Below, in pieces: positions 9,716 through 18,891 of a stretch of 64,000 nucleotides of DNA (position 1 is its first letter; each line of letters starts with the position of its first letter). Made by a program: the position numbers and the translations under genes. Below the pieces are notes generated by a model. It ran no database searches, was not told where the DNA came from, and saw nothing but the letters and a program-made list of their open reading frames with translations. The DNA is taken from the NCBI GenBank assembly GCA_964455375.1, contig CAYVXE010000011.1:2255-66254 (forward strand), written 5' to 3'. Source of the DNA: an uncultured Calditrichaceae bacterium. Its GTDB lineage: Bacteria; Zhuqueibacterota; Zhuqueibacteria; Oceanimicrobiales; Oceanimicrobiaceae.

Positions 9716-9947
9716 ACTAAACCGAAAAAGCCAAACCTAACTTAGAGGTCCTTGGTCAAGCAAAAATAGCCTCTATACCGATTTTTTTCTTTTTAAAATC
9801 AGCGGGCCTTCCTTATGACGACGGCTATATCTGGAAGAAACAGCTTGGTGTAGTTCAGGATCAATTACCGGGAATATTTCCTGACCGACAGGTCGTTTAT
9901 CTAATAATAATTTCTCATGGTACTTTCACAAAAAATCAGGCTTTAGC

Positions 9948-12146
9948 ATGACATCCATCCTCCAAAAAACGAAATCATTTATCGATTCGCTATTCGACAA
10001 GAAATTCGATCCGGCCATCGTAAAACTCCCGCAAGTTAACGAAAACCATGAAAGCAACATTCCCGGCTTGTATATGATCGGTGAAGTTCGCGGCACCCCA
10101 CTGATCAAATTAGGCCTGAATCAGGGTAACAATTTAATTAACCAATTATTCGAGAATAAGCCATCAAATGGTTTACCCACCGATGTTCTTGATGTCCTCA
10201 TCGTCGGAGCCGGCGCCTCCGGAATCGGGGCAGCCAATCGCGCCCAGGAATTGGGGCTCAACTACATCGTCATTGAACAGGGACAACCGGCCAACCTCAT
10301 TCGCTCGTTCACCAAGGGCAAGCCGCTATTCATTGAACCGCTGGACGTCCCTTTGGAATCCACAATGTGGGCGGAGGAAAGCAGCAAGGAAGAGTTACTC
10401 AAACAATGGGACAAGCAAATTAAAGAGCGTGGCTTAAAAATCAACAGTTTCGAAGCTGTTTCAGACATTCAGCGTTCCTCCGACTATTTTAAGGTAACGA
10501 CCACCAAAGCAACCTACAAGACAAAATATGTTGTTTTAGCCATCGGTAAAGCCGGCAATCCACGCAAAGCCGGTGTGCCCGGCGAAAAGGAACATGCCGA
10601 AAAAATCGCTCACTTTTTAGCCGACCCGGATGAATTCAAAAACAAAAACATTTTGATTTATGGCGGCGGTGACGTTGCAGCAGAAGCAGCCATTACCCTT
10701 GCTGCAACCAATAACGTGACTTTGGTAACCATCGACCCGCAATTCATCTTTCCCAAAAAACGCAACGTGGACAAAATGCTCGATCTGCAAAAGCAGGAAA
10801 AACTTAACATTCATTTCAACAGCCATTTAAAGGAAGTGGGAAAGGATTTCGTAAAATTCGAAAAATACGGTCACGTTGAAGAAATAAAAAACAACCAGGT
10901 TTTTGAAATGATCGGCGCCGAACTGCCCATAAAATTCTTCAATAAGATTGGCATTAAAATGGAAGGCTCCTGGGATTTTAAGCGCTATCTGTTTCTAACG
11001 GCCATGTTTATCGTTTTCTATAGCGTCTACGCCATGAAAGCGCCGTGGTGGCCATTTAACCTGCAATTGTTCCAGGACTCCTCCGGACATATCATAAACG
11101 TAAAACAGTACCTCACCTTTAACTGGAATATTTTCGGATTCACCAAACACATTTCTCCGAGTTTCTGGTATGCAGCGCTGTACACTGCATTTATGACTTT
11201 TTTCGGGATGAAAGCCTACAAACGCTGGGGGGTCGGTTACAATGACAGCTACCAGAAAAAACGCTATATTTCACTCATCACCACGCAATGGACATTGGGA
11301 TTTCTCATTCCGGAATTTATTATGTGGTATGTGCACCATAAAGCCGGCCCCAGCCTTTTCTTAGGGAGTCCGGATTATTCCTGGAAAGCCTACGGGTTTG
11401 AATATGTCTGGCCGCTGCAGTTCCACCAATTCTTCTACGATATCAGTCTATTTTACATCGTCTGGGGATTACTGACGGCCTTCGTCATCATTCCGATCCT
11501 CTCCATTCATCACGGCAAACGTTACTGCACCTGGTTCTGTGGTTGCGGCGGGTTAGCTGAAACCTGGGGCGATCAATGGCGGCACAAAGCGCCAAAAGGC
11601 AGACGTTCCAAAGCCTGGGAATGGATGAACCGGGCAATCCTGATTTGGGCATTTGTCGCGACCATTTTAGTTGGCGGCAATATGCTTTTCGGAAAGCTGT
11701 ACTACAACGACATTTATCATTGGTTCGGATTTCTTTCACAGGCAGGGGAAGCATCGCGGGCGTGGTATTCCTACATTGCCGATTTCTGGCTCGTGGGCGT
11801 CATTCCCGTCACGCTCTATCCGTTTTTTGGCGGTAAAGTCTGGTGCCGTTACTGGTGCCCGCTGGCAAAATGGATGGAACTTTGGAGCCATCATCTCGGC
11901 AAGTTAGGCATCAACAGCAATGAAAAATGCATCACTTGCGGCGAATGCTCGCGGTTTTGCGAAGTCGGCATTGATGTCATGAGTTTTGCAAAAAATCAGC
12001 AGCGCTTTTCCAACAAAAATACGGCCTGCATTCACTGCGGTATCTGCATCACGGTTTGTCCCATGAGCGTGCTGTCGTTCCAGAAAAACGGGAAAATCAA
12101 AATAAACGAAGACGTTGCAGAGCGGGAGTACATTAAGGCTGCCTGA
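9948..12146 (+). CDS. FAD/NAD(P)-binding oxidoreductase fused to NapH/CcoG-like integral-membrane polyferredoxin
   Basis: The N-terminal part has two Rossmann motifs (LIVGAGASGIGAA and LIYGGGDVAAEAA). About 6 TM helices follow, containing C-x-W-x-C-P-like motifs (CTWFCGCGG and WCRYWCPLAKW). The C-terminus carries 2x CxxCxxCxxxCP 4Fe-4S motifs (CITCGECSRFCE and CIHCGICITVCP). Confidence 0.75.
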   Translation: MTSILQKTKSFIDSLFDKKFDPAIVKLPQVNENHESNIPGLYMIGEVRGTPLIKLGLNQGNNLINQLFENKPSNGLPTDVLDVLIVGAGASGIGAANRAQELGLNYIVIEQGQPANLIRSFTKGKPLFIEPLDVPLESTMWAEESSKEELLKQWDKQIKERGLKINSFEAVSDIQRSSDYFKVTTTKATYKTKYVVLAIGKAGNPRKAGVPGEKEHAEKIAHFLADPDEFKNKNILIYGGGDVAAEAAITLAATNNVTLVTIDPQFIFPKKRNVDKMLDLQKQEKLNIHFNSHLKEVGKDFVKFEKYGHVEEIKNNQVFEMIGAELPIKFFNKIGIKMEGSWDFKRYLFLTAMFIVFYSVYAMKAPWWPFNLQLFQDSSGHIINVKQYLTFNWNIFGFTKHISPSFWYAALYTAFMTFFGMKAYKRWGVGYNDSYQKKRYISLITTQWTLGFLIPEFIMWYVHHKAGPSLFLGSPDYSWKAYGFEYVWPLQFHQFFYDISLFYIVWGLLTAFVIIPILSIHHGKRYCTWFCGCGGLAETWGDQWRHKAPKGRRSKAWEWMNRAILIWAFVATILVGGNMLFGKLYYNDIYHWFGFLSQAGEASRAWYSYIADFWLVGVIPVTLYPFFGGKVWCRYWCPLAKWMELWSHHLGKLGINSNEKCITCGECSRFCEVGIDVMSFAKNQQRFSNKNTACIHCGICITVCPMSVLSFQKNGKIKINEDVAEREYIKAA

Positions 12147-12325
12147 GAAAATTAACAAATCCAGATGGAGTGTCTAACCTGACTCATTCACAAATCTCTG
12201 ATTTTTTCAGTTGCTTCCGCTGAATTGTCATTTCGAGAAATCTATAACTGCAACGATTCCAGCAAATAAAGATTTCTCATCCGGCAAAAAACAGACGTTG
12301 TCCTGATGGCACAACACCGTCAGGG

Positions 12326-14854
12326 CTACTTCACCTTCACCACCACCAGCGTCATGTCATCCGTTTGTGCTTCATCTCCCACAAACTGCCGAACCCGGTC
12401 AATAATAGATTCCCGCAAGGTGAAAGCTGAATCATAGCCGTTTTGTGAAATGAGTTTTTGCAAAATATCGAAATCGAATTCTTCATTCTGCGAATTTCTT
12501 GCTTCAACAATACCATCTGAATAAAAAAGAAATACGTCACCCGACTCAAATGCGATTACAGACTCTTCGAGTTCTCTTTTAAATACTCCCTGATCCTCCA
12601 AACCAATGCCAATGCCTCTGGGGACAATTTGCTGACAGGTTTTATTCTTTTTTGAAAAATAAATCAACGGTAAATGCCCGGCCCGTACAAATTTGAATTT
12701 TTTCGTATCTAAATCAAATGTTCCGCAGGTGAGCGTAATAAACGATTGTTCCTCAATATTGTTGAAAGCCACGGAATTCACTTCAGCCATGAGATCGGTT
12801 AAGCGGGTGTGAAATTTTGCGGCGGTCTGCAAAATTCCTTTTAGTTGCGACATATACAACGCCGCCGATGTGCCTTTACCGGACACATCGCCGACTACGA
12901 CACCAAAACAGCCATCCGGAAGGGTGATGTAATCATAGTAATCGCCGCCAACTTCCATGGCGGGTATAGAAATGCCGCTAACATCGAGACCGGCAATAAC
13001 CGGGTCTGATTGCGGCAACGAGCTAAGCTGTATTTTTCTCGCCACTTCGAGTTCTTTCTTCAATCGCTCCTGCTCTTTCAACTCTTCGGTCAACAGCGCA
13101 TTTTCCACAGAAATATTCAACTGATCGTTCAGCATTTCCAGAAGTTCGATATCCTCTTTATAAAAGGTTTCATCATTTTCTTTACTGCCAATGCTCACAA
13201 AGCCCATCACCTTCGATTTATTGATTAACGGAAGGACGATCTCCGTTCCCAGCACACGCCACTTTTCCTGTTCATTTTGAGTAAAATGGTTGAACTTATC
13301 CTGCAATAGAGAAAAATCCTGCAAGTAGGGTTTCGCCTGTAATATCTTTAAAAAACCATCATGCGTGTTAAAAGAAAATCCTTTTGATAATTGAATGCCC
13401 TGCACTGACCGCAACCTGAATGTAGTGCCATCAGACGTGGAGTAAAAAACAGCCACCGGATGGATGGCCATGGATTTCGAAAAAAAGGTGGACACTTCTT
13501 CAATTAATTTTTCTAAATCTACAACATTCACAAGTTGATGACTAAATTTTCGCACCGCCTCCCGGTAACTGTAGCGGTTTGGATAAAATCGATTTTCAAC
13601 AAAATTTTGAATTCGATTTTTAACCGGGTTAAATATTGCTGCGATTAGCAAGGTTGCCACAATCGTCAGAATCTGACTGCTGGAACCGGTAAAAAATAAA
13701 AACAACCTGCCGACACCGACCACGAGGAGAAAATACGCGGCAACGACAAAGCCGGATATGAGTGCAAATGCCAAACTGCGTTTAATGATAAAACGAACAT
13801 CCATGAAACGGTGTTTAATGATTGCATAGGCAAGCGTCATGGGCCAGAAAACCATCAAAAACAGGAAATACTCTGAGTACGGGATGACAAAATTAAAAAT
13901 ATTCTTAGGAATGAAATACAGTCCTAAAGGCAAACCAAGCGTCAGCATCGTTCCACGGTACATGATGCTCGCCTGGCCAGCCACATGAGGGTCTGTGGCC
14001 GTATGGCAGGAATGACCCAACACACTAAATGCAACAAAAAACTGCAGGCTAATCCATACGCCCCAACCGTATTGCAATACTTGCCCCCGCCACGGCAATT
14101 GATTCACATCTGCATAAATATAAACAAATATCAAAAGCAGAATTCCATAACAAAGAAACAAAAGAATGTTTTTGTGCTTTTTATAAAACCGATTTTTTTC
14201 AGGAAACAACAGGGTGAAATGTAAAAGCAATCCGGTAGCCATGGGTAAAAACATCAAGAATATCCATTCAAACCAGCCGGGAAGCAATCGAAGCAGCGCC
14301 TTTGAACCATAAGGGAAATTCCCCCACATTGCCAGCGCCCAGAACAACACCATCAAATAAAAAATATGGACTGTCTTATCCTGAGCTTTTTTGAGCAGAA
14401 CAAAAACACCGATTAAGATAAGGGTGTAACAAAAAACCACCCCCGGCAGAAGACCGGCAAAAAAACTACCGGTATAAATTTTTATGCGGCTTTTTGAAAT
14501 AAATGAGAAGTCGCGTACAACGTTCCTCCTTGAAACAACAATTTTTACCGGGTCCCCCACTTCAATGTCTTGAAAAGCACGGTATAATGACTTTTCATCC
14601 GTAATATCATAACGATTGAGTTTCAGTATCATATCACCCTCGCGGATGCCGACGAGATCCGCCGGTCCTTTGGGAACCACGTGGGTTATGACAACACGGT
14701 CTGCATCTTTCACTTTCTCGTAGGTAATCCCAACAACCGGATCATTTACCAAAAAGTAAATATCAGCCACGGTTGAAGACACAATATATACGAAAACAAA
14801 CAAGCCGAGCAATAAAAGAGAAGAAACTTTCCAAATTTGAATTGGTTTACTCAT
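12326..14854 (-). CDS. PDZ - multi-TM sensor - GAF - PP2C (SpoIIE-type) phosphatase
   Basis: A signal/TM segment is followed by a PDZ domain (HVVPKGPADLVGIREGDMILKLN). About 8 TM helices and a GAF-like region follow. The C-terminal PP2C domain reads GGDYYDY...VVVGDVSGKGTSAALYMS...FYSDGIVEA. Confidence 0.8.
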   Translation of the reverse strand: MSKPIQIWKVSSLLLLGLFVFVYIVSSTVADIYFLVNDPVVGITYEKVKDADRVVITHVVPKGPADLVGIREGDMILKLNRYDITDEKSLYRAFQDIEVGDPVKIVVSRRNVVRDFSFISKSRIKIYTGSFFAGLLPGVVFCYTLILIGVFVLLKKAQDKTVHIFYLMVLFWALAMWGNFPYGSKALLRLLPGWFEWIFLMFLPMATGLLLHFTLLFPEKNRFYKKHKNILLFLCYGILLLIFVYIYADVNQLPWRGQVLQYGWGVWISLQFFVAFSVLGHSCHTATDPHVAGQASIMYRGTMLTLGLPLGLYFIPKNIFNFVIPYSEYFLFLMVFWPMTLAYAIIKHRFMDVRFIIKRSLAFALISGFVVAAYFLLVVGVGRLFLFFTGSSSQILTIVATLLIAAIFNPVKNRIQNFVENRFYPNRYSYREAVRKFSHQLVNVVDLEKLIEEVSTFFSKSMAIHPVAVFYSTSDGTTFRLRSVQGIQLSKGFSFNTHDGFLKILQAKPYLQDFSLLQDKFNHFTQNEQEKWRVLGTEIVLPLINKSKVMGFVSIGSKENDETFYKEDIELLEMLNDQLNISVENALLTEELKEQERLKKELEVARKIQLSSLPQSDPVIAGLDVSGISIPAMEVGGDYYDYITLPDGCFGVVVGDVSGKGTSAALYMSQLKGILQTAAKFHTRLTDLMAEVNSVAFNNIEEQSFITLTCGTFDLDTKKFKFVRAGHLPLIYFSKKNKTCQQIVPRGIGIGLEDQGVFKRELEESVIAFESGDVFLFYSDGIVEARNSQNEEFDFDILQKLISQNGYDSAFTLRESIIDRVRQFVGDEAQTDDMTLVVVKVK

Positions 14855-14901
14855 TTTTCATTTTAGGCGTGTTCAGCGTTTTGGTTACCTTCCAAGACAT
14901 T

Positions 14902-15561
14902 CTAGGCAATCTGTCCGGACACAACCGGTTTCAGACAATTTTTTGCACATTGCCCAAAAAGGTGTCCCTGCACCACCAACCCCCAAAAATTTGTAAAAGG
15001 GGAGAAAAAACCTAGACCTGCAAACAGTAAAATAGCATTTAAAATCAAGGAAAAAATAATAATTGCCAGAAAGTGACCAAAACCATTTTTAATAATACGC
15101 AGTAGAGCAGAAATATCAAAAGCTGAAGCAAAATTGTCGGTCAGGGCAAACTGCAGCAGGCCAAAATTCGTAAAAAACATCAACAAAAATAACGTCATTA
15201 AAGACACCGACACGATGCTCATAACCATTTCAACTTGGGGAAAATACGCCTGGGTGCAAATACTTACAATCATTAATGCACATAAACCGCCGATAATAAC
15301 AAAATAAATGAGAAGAATGACCGCTCCCATAATTCCATCAATGAATAGTTTGCTCCAATGATGCCAATCCGGCAAACTTTTTTCTGTATCATGAATAACA
15401 TTTCGCATAATACCAATGTAGTATCCCAGGATAAAGAAACCGAAGATGAAAATAAGGCCGAAATAAAAACTGACCAGGATTAAAAGCCCGCCGATGGCCA
15501 TCTTTTTCAACCACTCCTCATCCTGAAATGCGAAAGACAGCGCTTCTGAATAATTCATCAT
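14902..15561 (-). CDS. Polytopic membrane protein (DUF4013-like)
   Basis: 219-aa ORF with 5-6 TM helices. It lies 47 nt upstream of the PP2C gene on the same strand. Confidence 0.45.
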   Translation of the reverse strand: MMNYSEALSFAFQDEEWLKKMAIGGLLILVSFYFGLIFIFGFFILGYYIGIMRNVIHDTEKSLPDWHHWSKLFIDGIMGAVILLIYFVIIGGLCALMIVSICTQAYFPQVEMVMSIVSVSLMTLFLLMFFTNFGLLQFALTDNFASAFDISALLRIIKNGFGHFLAIIIFSLILNAILLFAGLGFFSPFTNFWGLVVQGHLFGQCAKNCLKPVVSGQIA

Positions 15562-15843
15562 TTTCCCATTCGTAAGATTATTTTATAGTTTCGTTTGAAC
15601 CGCACTTTCATATACGAAATGCCGGAAAAATGTTTGCAAATAAAAGCTGTACCCAATAACAATTTAGTTATTCACGAACATAAAGTAAAGGACTGGCAGC
15701 AGATAGCCTGAAAATCCGGAGAACTTAAATTCGGCTTCGATAATTTTCAGCTACCGAAACCGATGAACCCAAGATTCGTAATTGGTCCTTTCGGTTTGCG
15801 CCTCGGTGACTTCCTCAAGTTAGTTCACTTGCTGTTTCAAAAA

Positions 15844-16890
15844 TTAATACCCGCCTTCCTCCGCTTGCAAATTCACTTTACCACGGAACATGTAAAACAA
15901 AAATGAAAAATATCCTATGGCCAGAATAATTCCGATAACCCACCAGACAATTCCGACGGCAAGTCCGTGTGCACCGGCTGCCGAATTATAGATGGTTAAG
16001 GAATATTGAGCTCCTGTGGAAGCGGGCAAAATAACCGGGAAAAGACCAAATGCCGTTGCTACGCCCATGCCAAAGATAAACAGACCGGATGAGAGAAACG
16101 CAGCGGTATCGTTTTGCTTTTTGTTAAATACCATCACACCCACAATACCGGCTACTCCGAGAATCGGAAATATCCACCCCCAGACATGAGCAAAATAATT
16201 GTTCCAGATTTCAGGATGAACGAACGATGCGGCGCCCAAAGCCATTGCCGACAGGACAACAACAGGCCATGAGACCAGAAAGGCAATGTTCCGTGCCCGC
16301 TCCTGAACGGCTCCCTCTGTTTTCATGGCAATGAAATTTGCTCCATGAACCAACAACGTTGTAAAAGCAACCAACCCCATGAGCACGGTAAACCAGTCGA
16401 GAATACCGGCTTCCGGCACAACGGTAAAGGTCGTCCAGAGTGGCTCAAAAAAATATCCCTCTGCATTCAAGGGAACCCCTCGTACAATATTGCCCAGGGC
16501 AGCACCAAAAAATATTGCCAACAAAATACTGGCCCCTGAAAAAACAACATCCCAGAGAGAACGCCACATGGGATGTTGAATATGACTCCGCAGTTCAATG
16601 CCAATTCCCCGTAGCATCAGCAGCCAGAGCACCATCATCAACGGCAGGTAGAAGCCGCTGAAACTCGATGCGTAAATCGCCGGGAAAGCAAAAAACAGCA
16701 CACCACCGGATGCCAGCAACCAGACTTCATTCCCATCCCAAACCGGACCGATTGCATTTAAAACAGTGCGCCGTTCTTCATCCGTTTTTGCCACCAGCAA
16801 ATGAATAATACCTGCACCCAAATCGAAACCATCTAATATGACGTATGTGGTCAACATAAGCGTCAAACCAATAAACCAAAAAATCTCCAT
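15844..16890 (-). CDS. cydB: Cytochrome bd ubiquinol oxidase subunit II
   Basis: 348 aa. The N-terminal motif LDGFDLGAGI...GPVWDGNEVWL is diagnostic of CydB. There are about 8 TM helices. Confidence 0.9.
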   Translation of the reverse strand: MEIFWFIGLTLMLTTYVILDGFDLGAGIIHLLVAKTDEERRTVLNAIGPVWDGNEVWLLASGGVLFFAFPAIYASSFSGFYLPLMMVLWLLMLRGIGIELRSHIQHPMWRSLWDVVFSGASILLAIFFGAALGNIVRGVPLNAEGYFFEPLWTTFTVVPEAGILDWFTVLMGLVAFTTLLVHGANFIAMKTEGAVQERARNIAFLVSWPVVVLSAMALGAASFVHPEIWNNYFAHVWGWIFPILGVAGIVGVMVFNKKQNDTAAFLSSGLFIFGMGVATAFGLFPVILPASTGAQYSLTIYNSAAGAHGLAVGIVWWVIGIILAIGYFSFLFYMFRGKVNLQAEEGGY

Positions 16891-16928
16891 TTTTTATCTC
16901 CAATATTTTTATTTCAAAATAAAACTGC

Positions 16929-18257
16929 TTATATTTTTTTCACTTCAGGTCCGTGATTGATCTCACGCGCGATTAAAAATACAAACAGGAGCCCGAGAAT
17001 TGTATACATGCCCATAAATCCAATCAGGGTGAACAAACTGTTGCCAGCGGAAACCATGTGGGAAAGTCCGTCTTTTGTTCTTAAAAGACCATATATCAGC
17101 CAGGGCTGGCGCCCTAACTCCACCGTCATCCAACCCGTTGTGTTGGCTATGTAGGGAAAAGGAAAACTCAACATAATAATCCACAACATCCAATTAGAAG
17201 AAAACAATTTTCGTTTCCACAACAAGAATGTCGCCAGCGCCATAATAGCGATAAACAAGGTTCCCAGCCCAACCATGATGTGGTAACTATAATAAAGCAG
17301 TGGGATGTTCGTGGGCCATTCATCTTTTGGAAAAGCGTCCAGACCTTTTACTTCTGCTTTCCAGCGGTAATGCGTCAAAAAACTTAACAGCTTCGGAATA
17401 TGCAGTGGATTATCAATTTTCAGTTTTTGCATATCCGGCTGACCGATCAAAACCAGATCAGCGCCGTCTTTTGTATTGAATAAACCTTCCATGGCCGCCA
17501 GCGTAGCCGGCTGGTATTTGACCACATTCTGCCCTTGCTGATCGCCTGTAGGAAACGCGGCCAATACGGAAGCAATCAAACCGGCGATGACGCCAACGCG
17601 CAAAAAGATTTTGCCGAACTCTTCATTTCGTTTGGCCAACACATAGAAAGCGCCTACGGCAGACATCACAAATGATCCGGTTATCGTCGCTCCGAGCATG
17701 TTGTGTATGTACTGCCAGCCGACCCAGGGATTTGTAAGCAATGCCCAAAAACTCGTTAATTGAACAGAACCACCTGCGCCGATTTCATACCCAACCGGAT
17801 GCTGCATCCACGCGTTGGTCGCAATTATAAAAAAACCGGATAACCAGGAACCCAGAAAAACCATGAAAGCAGCCACGAAATGCAATTTCGGCCCTAAACG
17901 TTTTTCACCGAAAAGAAAAAGTCCGAGAAAACTGGACTCCAGAAAAAAGGCGAAAACGCCTTCCATTGCAAGTGTCTGACCAATGACGCCACCGGCAAAA
18001 GCCGAGAATTTAGCCCAATTGGTGCCAAATTGAAATTCCATGGGAATGCCGGTCACAACACCAATCGCAAAATTAACGGCAAATATTTTTGCCCAAAAAC
18101 GCGCGCTCTGATTAAAGCGCTCATCTTTCCTTTTTAATGCAATCCCCTTGAGTGTAACGATGAGCAGACCCAACCCCATTGTCAATTGCGGAAACAGATA
18201 ATGAAACGTGATTGTGAACGCAAATTGAAGTCGTCCCGTTAAAAGTGCATCTTCCAT
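16929..18257 (-). CDS. cydA: Cytochrome bd ubiquinol oxidase subunit I (short Q-loop type)
   Basis: 442 aa. It reads FAFTITFHYLFPQLTMGL... and GWMTVELGRQPWLIYGLLRT near the C-terminus. It lies directly upstream of cydB with a 38-nt gap. Confidence 0.9.
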   Translation of the reverse strand: MEDALLTGRLQFAFTITFHYLFPQLTMGLGLLIVTLKGIALKRKDERFNQSARFWAKIFAVNFAIGVVTGIPMEFQFGTNWAKFSAFAGGVIGQTLAMEGVFAFFLESSFLGLFLFGEKRLGPKLHFVAAFMVFLGSWLSGFFIIATNAWMQHPVGYEIGAGGSVQLTSFWALLTNPWVGWQYIHNMLGATITGSFVMSAVGAFYVLAKRNEEFGKIFLRVGVIAGLIASVLAAFPTGDQQGQNVVKYQPATLAAMEGLFNTKDGADLVLIGQPDMQKLKIDNPLHIPKLLSFLTHYRWKAEVKGLDAFPKDEWPTNIPLLYYSYHIMVGLGTLFIAIMALATFLLWKRKLFSSNWMLWIIMLSFPFPYIANTTGWMTVELGRQPWLIYGLLRTKDGLSHMVSAGNSLFTLIGFMGMYTILGLLFVFLIAREINHGPEVKKI

Positions 18258-18551
18258 TAAGATAACCCCTTTCTATATTAATTTTTAAAAAATAGTTTTT
18301 TAGAATGATTATATTAATTTGATGCGATAATAATATTTTCGATGCAAGGATTAATGAGAGAGACCATAGATTCCAAAAGGGGGCACTCATCAGATTTGCC
18401 ATTTCGAGTTTGGAAATTATTTGTCATTTAGGATCACGAGTGTCCGGTTAAGCGATAGATAGTTTTACGTAAGGTCTTTAAAAGACAGTAGTCAAACCTC
18501 TCGTTGTGCAAGCCTGAAGTTGTTTTTATCCTCTGCGCGTTGGACTGAGTC

Positions 18552-18648
18552 CCTCCCTTTGGCCAAAGGGAGGATAGGAGGGATTCGAAAAAGCAAATGC
18601 TGCAACTGGCCTCAAATCCTCCCTGTCCCTCCTTTTCGAAAGGAGGGA
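18552..18648. repeat. Pair of related perfect palindromic hairpins built from CCTCC/GGAGG arms in the cydAB upstream region
   Basis: CCTCCCTTTGG-CCAAAGGGAGG spans 18552-18573, a 22-bp perfect palindrome. TCCCTCCTTT-tcg-AAAGGAGGGA spans 18626-18648, a 10-bp stem with a 3-nt loop. The two share arm sequence. Confidence 0.5.
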
Positions 18649-18891
18649 ACTTTCTAAGCTGTTGTTCGATTTTATCTGACAAATTCTTTAACCGGACACT
18701 CATGATTTAGGATTTAAGTTTTAAGAGTGCAGGTTCGCGACGCCGTGCTACACTCAAAGGGACAAGATAAAGATGAATCCTCATTAAGTTGACGGGCACT
18801 GTCTGGTAACTGACAAACAAACTCCAATTTTATCATTGATAAATTATGGAAAATTAAATATTTTGGCAACAACTTTATTTTAGCAATTATC

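Noticed and set aside
12147-12325. Searched here and elsewhere for sigma-54 promoter consensus (TGGCAC-N5-TTGC) because of the NtrC-type regulator. Found TGGCACAACACCGTCAGG at about 12303.
   Set aside because: It lacks the -12 TTGC element and lies between convergent gene ends. I read it instead as a possible weak terminator stem (CCTGATGG...CCGTCAGG).
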